28,494 nucleotides of DNA from a virus. Its lineage: Duplodnaviria; Caudoviricetes. The notes under the pieces were generated by a model that was given only the letters and a program-made list of their open reading frames with translations, did no database searches and was not told the DNA's origin. The stretch is taken from positions 1 through 28,494 of IMG/VR virus record IMGVR_UViG_3300025110_000090; one strand, 5' to 3'. Below are positions 25,293 to 28,494 of the stretch, piece by piece. The position numbers were made by a program, and so were the translations under genes. Numbering within the stretch: the stretch's first letter is position 1; each line of letters begins with the position of its first letter.

Positions 25293-26021
25293 ATGGAATT
25301 TACTCACCATGAATTTTTATATGGGAGAAAAATAGATCCAGATATTTGCGATGGATTGATTGAATATTTTGAAGAATTTCCTTTAGGAGAAACAAAGATT
25401 CCTACTCCAAGTGACGCTAAAGGTACTTGGATATGCTTAAAAAGAGAAGGGAGACTTGCTGGTCAAACTAGTCATGACAAATTAGAAAAATCGGGGAAAC
25501 AATCGCTTGATTTAGGAGTACCATATTATGTTGCAGATAAAAGGATTCAAATTTTTAATAAAGAATTAAATAAAGTTTTAGACGATTATTGTCATAAATT
25601 TCCTAATTGCGAATTAGCTCATCAGCCATGGGGTAATGCACATTATGAAATGTTTAATATTCAAAAATATAAACCAAACGAAGGTTTTCGCAGGTGGCAC
25701 TGTGAAAGGGCTTCAATGAATTCAAGAACAGTAACTCGTCACCTAACATGGATGACTTATTTAAATAATGTCCACAATGGAGGAGGAACGGAATGGGCTC
25801 ATCAGAACTTAAAGCTTAAAGCACAAAAAGGGTTGACTGTTATATGGCCTGTGGACTGGACTTACACTCATCGTGGCATTGTTAGTCCTACTGAAACAAA
25901 ATATATTGCGACTGGTTGGTTTAATTATTTACCTTCAGAAGAAACATATCAATCACCATTAAATCGTTTTAAAGATAAAAAAGGATATTTCTTTTCTAAA
26001 GACTTGTTTATACCTCAATAG
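25293..26021 (+). CDS. 2OG-Fe(II) oxygenase, prolyl-4-hydroxylase-like
   Basis: FNIQKYKP..GF..WHCE, LTWMTYLN.V..GGGTEW, KG..VIWP..WTYTHRG, KYIATGW; start at ATG 25293 after the hairpin. Confidence 0.85.
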   Translation: MEFTHHEFLYGRKIDPDICDGLIEYFEEFPLGETKIPTPSDAKGTWICLKREGRLAGQTSHDKLEKSGKQSLDLGVPYYVADKRIQIFNKELNKVLDDYCHKFPNCELAHQPWGNAHYEMFNIQKYKPNEGFRRWHCERASMNSRTVTRHLTWMTYLNNVHNGGGTEWAHQNLKLKAQKGLTVIWPVDWTYTHRGIVSPTETKYIATGWFNYLPSEETYQSPLNRFKDKKGYFFSKDLFIPQ

Positions 26022-26080
26022 TAGACGAGTGATGTCATAATACCTACTACAATAGGGAATGAATGTAATCTGTTAGAACC

Positions 26081-26599
26081 TTGAGATTCGCTGCAGGAGG
26101 CTTCGGTAATACGGAGGAAGATCAACGGGCTTTAGCGGCTTGGTTGTCAAGCAAACTGACTGGTGATCCGAATGCTTTTGCGGAGGACGTAGAAGGTATA
26201 TTGGGAGGTTCAGCCTTGGAGGATGAAGGTATTCAACTTTTAGCTCATCACAACAATCCAAATTTAACTTCAGAAGGTAATGTTACAGCAGAAGGATTAA
26301 CGAATGCAAGAGAAGCAAGTGGTGAGCCCTTTGGTGTTGGCTTTGGCGGTCCTTCAGGATCAGAATTAAAAGCTATTCAGGATGAATTAGACGCAGCAGA
26401 GGCAGTAGACGGAATATTGAATCCAGCAATACAAAGAATCCCAGTAATACCTTACGGAGCTCAAGCTGGAATGGCAGGAGATTTGATACCGCAAGCAGCA
26501 GGAGGGATGCAGAAAATGAATTTACCTTTTGAAGATGTACCTGTGCAAAATCCTTTGCTCCCTAGCATACCTCCAGGATACCAATACAATAACTACTAA
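26081..26599 (+). CDS. Hypothetical acidic protein, possibly virion-internal
   Basis: 172-aa ORF, TTG start, TACAAT upstream. Confidence 0.55.
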   Translation: MRFAAGGFGNTEEDQRALAAWLSSKLTGDPNAFAEDVEGILGGSALEDEGIQLLAHHNNPNLTSEGNVTAEGLTNAREASGEPFGVGFGGPSGSELKAIQDELDAAEAVDGILNPAIQRIPVIPYGAQAGMAGDLIPQAAGGMQKMNLPFEDVPVQNPLLPSIPPGYQYNNY

Positions 26600-27519
26600 T
26601 GGATCCGAACAGCGGTATTGATCGAGTATTAAAAGCTGCCGACGACTGGGCAATGTCTGGTCGTAAAGGGCTCGCTGGTTCTTTAGGCTTGTTGAAAGTT
26701 GGATTAATAGCAGGAGACGAAGCTGCTAAAAGAGCTTTTAATGATATTGTTATCCTCGCTAAAGCAGGTGATGGAGCGGCTAAAAGTGTTGTTCGAAATG
26801 TATTGCTCTCTACTCAAGGAGAAGAAGCCTTTGTTCAAGCAGCTATTGACAACGTAGGGGAAGGAGAAATCAGACAAAGGTTAACTCAGCAAGGATATGA
26901 TGCTGACGCTTTAGTCAATAAGCCACCAGCTTCTACTTTGAATGCTCCTGAGTCAACGAACGTAACTCCTACTGCTACTCCTCCTGACGAAGATTATGTG
27001 AATCCAGGTAGGACAAGAGATAGAAGTGAATCATATCGAATGCAAGAAGGTCTTAGAAAAGAAAGATTAAAAGAAAGAAACATAAGTCCACAAACTTTGC
27101 AAGGTGAAGTCTACAATTCGGTTATTAAAGAGTTACAAGGAGATCTTGGAGCAGCACCAGATAGTGTTTACAAGTTAAGCCCTGAACAACTTGCAGCTTT
27201 AGCAGAAGTTCAGCAGGCTTCACAAGCTGAAGAGGCTCAAATTTATGCTCAGCGAAGAGCAATGACTCCTGAGCAGGAAGCTGAATTAATGAAGAGAAGC
27301 ATTAGCAATGCTCCTGGAGTTGCGGATCCATCTGTAACAATGGCTAAAGCTGATGATATAGCTCAGGCTCTAGATAAGGCTAAGCAAATGAGACCTCCAG
27401 TAATGGGTCGTTATAGAAAAGCTGCTTTATATGGAGGTGGTACGCTAGGAGCCTTGTTAGGACTTTATGGTGCAGGAGGTTTGGTTAATGCGAATCAGTA
27501 CGAAAACAGAAAAGCCTAA
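26599..27519 (+). CDS. Hypothetical helical protein with C-terminal Gly-rich hydrophobic segment
   Basis: TAATG coupling; ALYGGGTLGALLGLYGAGGLV tail. Confidence 0.6.
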   Translation: MDPNSGIDRVLKAADDWAMSGRKGLAGSLGLLKVGLIAGDEAAKRAFNDIVILAKAGDGAAKSVVRNVLLSTQGEEAFVQAAIDNVGEGEIRQRLTQQGYDADALVNKPPASTLNAPESTNVTPTATPPDEDYVNPGRTRDRSESYRMQEGLRKERLKERNISPQTLQGEVYNSVIKELQGDLGAAPDSVYKLSPEQLAALAEVQQASQAEEAQIYAQRRAMTPEQEAELMKRSISNAPGVADPSVTMAKADDIAQALDKAKQMRPPVMGRYRKAALYGGGTLGALLGLYGAGGLVNANQYENRKA

Positions 27520-27652
27520 CATTAAGAAACAACATCAAAAACTTTTACGTCTTAATAAAAAGGCGGAGAAGTGCGTGACTCGTGACCAAGCACGCAAGAT
27601 CCTTAAAAAAGCTCTCAAAGCACAAAACAAACTTCATGAACGAACTAGCTGA
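27488..27652 (+). CDS. Small basic hypothetical protein
   Basis: KLLRLNKKAEKCVTRDQARKILKKA; start uncertain. Confidence 0.5.
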   Translation: MRISTKTEKPNIKKQHQKLLRLNKKAEKCVTRDQARKILKKALKAQNKLHERTS

Positions 27653-27809
27653 CCCGTCAACACTTCAATTAGCTTTTCTATTTCCATTTCTACCTGTTAT
27701 ATCTGTATTCATCGTTAGCATTCTTATGCTGGGTGAATTACCTTTCAAGGACGACGATGACGACGATGACGATAGAGGTACATTAGTCCCTGCGTACTAC
27801 CCAACTTAA
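27636..27809 (+). CDS. Small membrane protein with poly-Asp tail
   Basis: One TM segment then KDDDDDDDDRGTLVPAY, similar to small picocyanobacterial/cyanophage membrane proteins. Confidence 0.65.
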   Translation: MNELADPSTLQLAFLFPFLPVISVFIVSILMLGELPFKDDDDDDDDRGTLVPAYYPT

Positions 27810-27843
27810 AACGTCTACTATTAATGTAGATTAGAAAAATGAA

Positions 27844-28284
27844 ATGGCTACTACGGCAGATAAGGAAACTCCAAAAGCGGAAGAGAAGAAGAGCATTTTT
27901 CAAAAGATCAAGGAGAAGGTAGACGATAAAGACGAACAGTTTGAGTACATCTCAGTCCTAGTGAGACTGGTAGTAGTTGCTTGGTCCGGGGCACTAGTGA
28001 CCTTAAATTATTTGCCAGAGATTCCTGGGTTGACGTCAGGGGAAAAGCAGGATATAACTTTTCCGGCGTCTCTCCTAGCTTCTTCGCTTGCAAGTTTTGG
28101 CCTGGATAAGAGTGCTAAGAAGAAAGGTGATGGAACATATGACGCTAGTGGCGATGATAAGCCTCTAAGTAAAAAGGAGATGTTGGCCTTAATGAATACA
28201 GGGGGTGGTTTCCAGACAATTCGTGTAGAAACTCCGATTAAAATCTTAGGTGCAGATGTTGTTAACTCTTCTAAAAAATCATGA
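27844..28284 (+). CDS. Two-TM membrane protein (holin-like candidate)
   Basis: LVRLVVVAWSGALVTLNY and ITFPASLLASSLASFGL hydrophobic segments, charged termini. Confidence 0.55.
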   Translation: MATTADKETPKAEEKKSIFQKIKEKVDDKDEQFEYISVLVRLVVVAWSGALVTLNYLPEIPGLTSGEKQDITFPASLLASSLASFGLDKSAKKKGDGTYDASGDDKPLSKKEMLALMNTGGGFQTIRVETPIKILGADVVNSSKKS

Positions 28285-28493
28285 CCTGCGAAAACCATTC
28301 ACATGTCGATGCGTCTCAAGAGACTCGTCTTACAGTACAAGCTCTAAAGATCGAAAGACTGGAAGAGAAACAGGATGAGTTACGTGAACGGCTTAAGGCT
28401 GTAGAAAAATGGGTCATAGGTGCCGCAGCAGTATTAGCCGCTGGCGTTACTCTTATAGGGTTTGCAACTAACATCTCTAAGGCTTATTTATGA
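28281..28493 (+). CDS. Coiled-coil + TM small protein (XhlA/holin-like candidate)
   Basis: IERLEEKQDELRERLKAVEKWVIGAAAVLAAG. Confidence 0.55.
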   Translation: MTCENHSHVDASQETRLTVQALKIERLEEKQDELRERLKAVEKWVIGAAAVLAAGVTLIGFATNISKAYL

Positions 28494-28494
28494 C

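Noticed and set aside
27636-27809. High-light inducible protein (hli)
   Set aside because: Lacks the ExxNGRxAMxG motif.
1-28494. CRISPR arrays, tRNAs, integrase/transposase, tail sheath or tape measure
   Set aside because: None recognised by eye; tail morphology cannot be assigned from this window.

Overview
A gene-dense, low-GC segment of a tailed cyanophage genome covering the morphogenesis region. The host is most likely Prochlorococcus, since the encoded D1 carries M205 and C282. In order, it contains: the end of a probable scaffold gene; a minus-strand cluster of small basic or Cys-rich proteins; psbA with a structured 5' UTR and its own terminator; a lysozyme + peptidase-M15 endolysin; two minus-strand virion genes; a tandem pair of free-standing, partly degenerate LAGLIDADG genes divergent from the major capsid gene; capsid and head-completion genes; and tail/fibre genes, including two paralogous Gly-rich fibre + chaperone cassettes sharing a 123-bp near-identical in-frame segment. 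It also has two DUF4214-repeat proteins, three 2OG-Fe(II) oxygenases, a small outer-membrane beta-barrel-like protein and holin-like membrane proteins. The capsid looks neither T4-like nor T7-like, so this may be an under-described psbA-carrying cyanophage lineage. All family calls are from motif recognition by eye; no searches were run.
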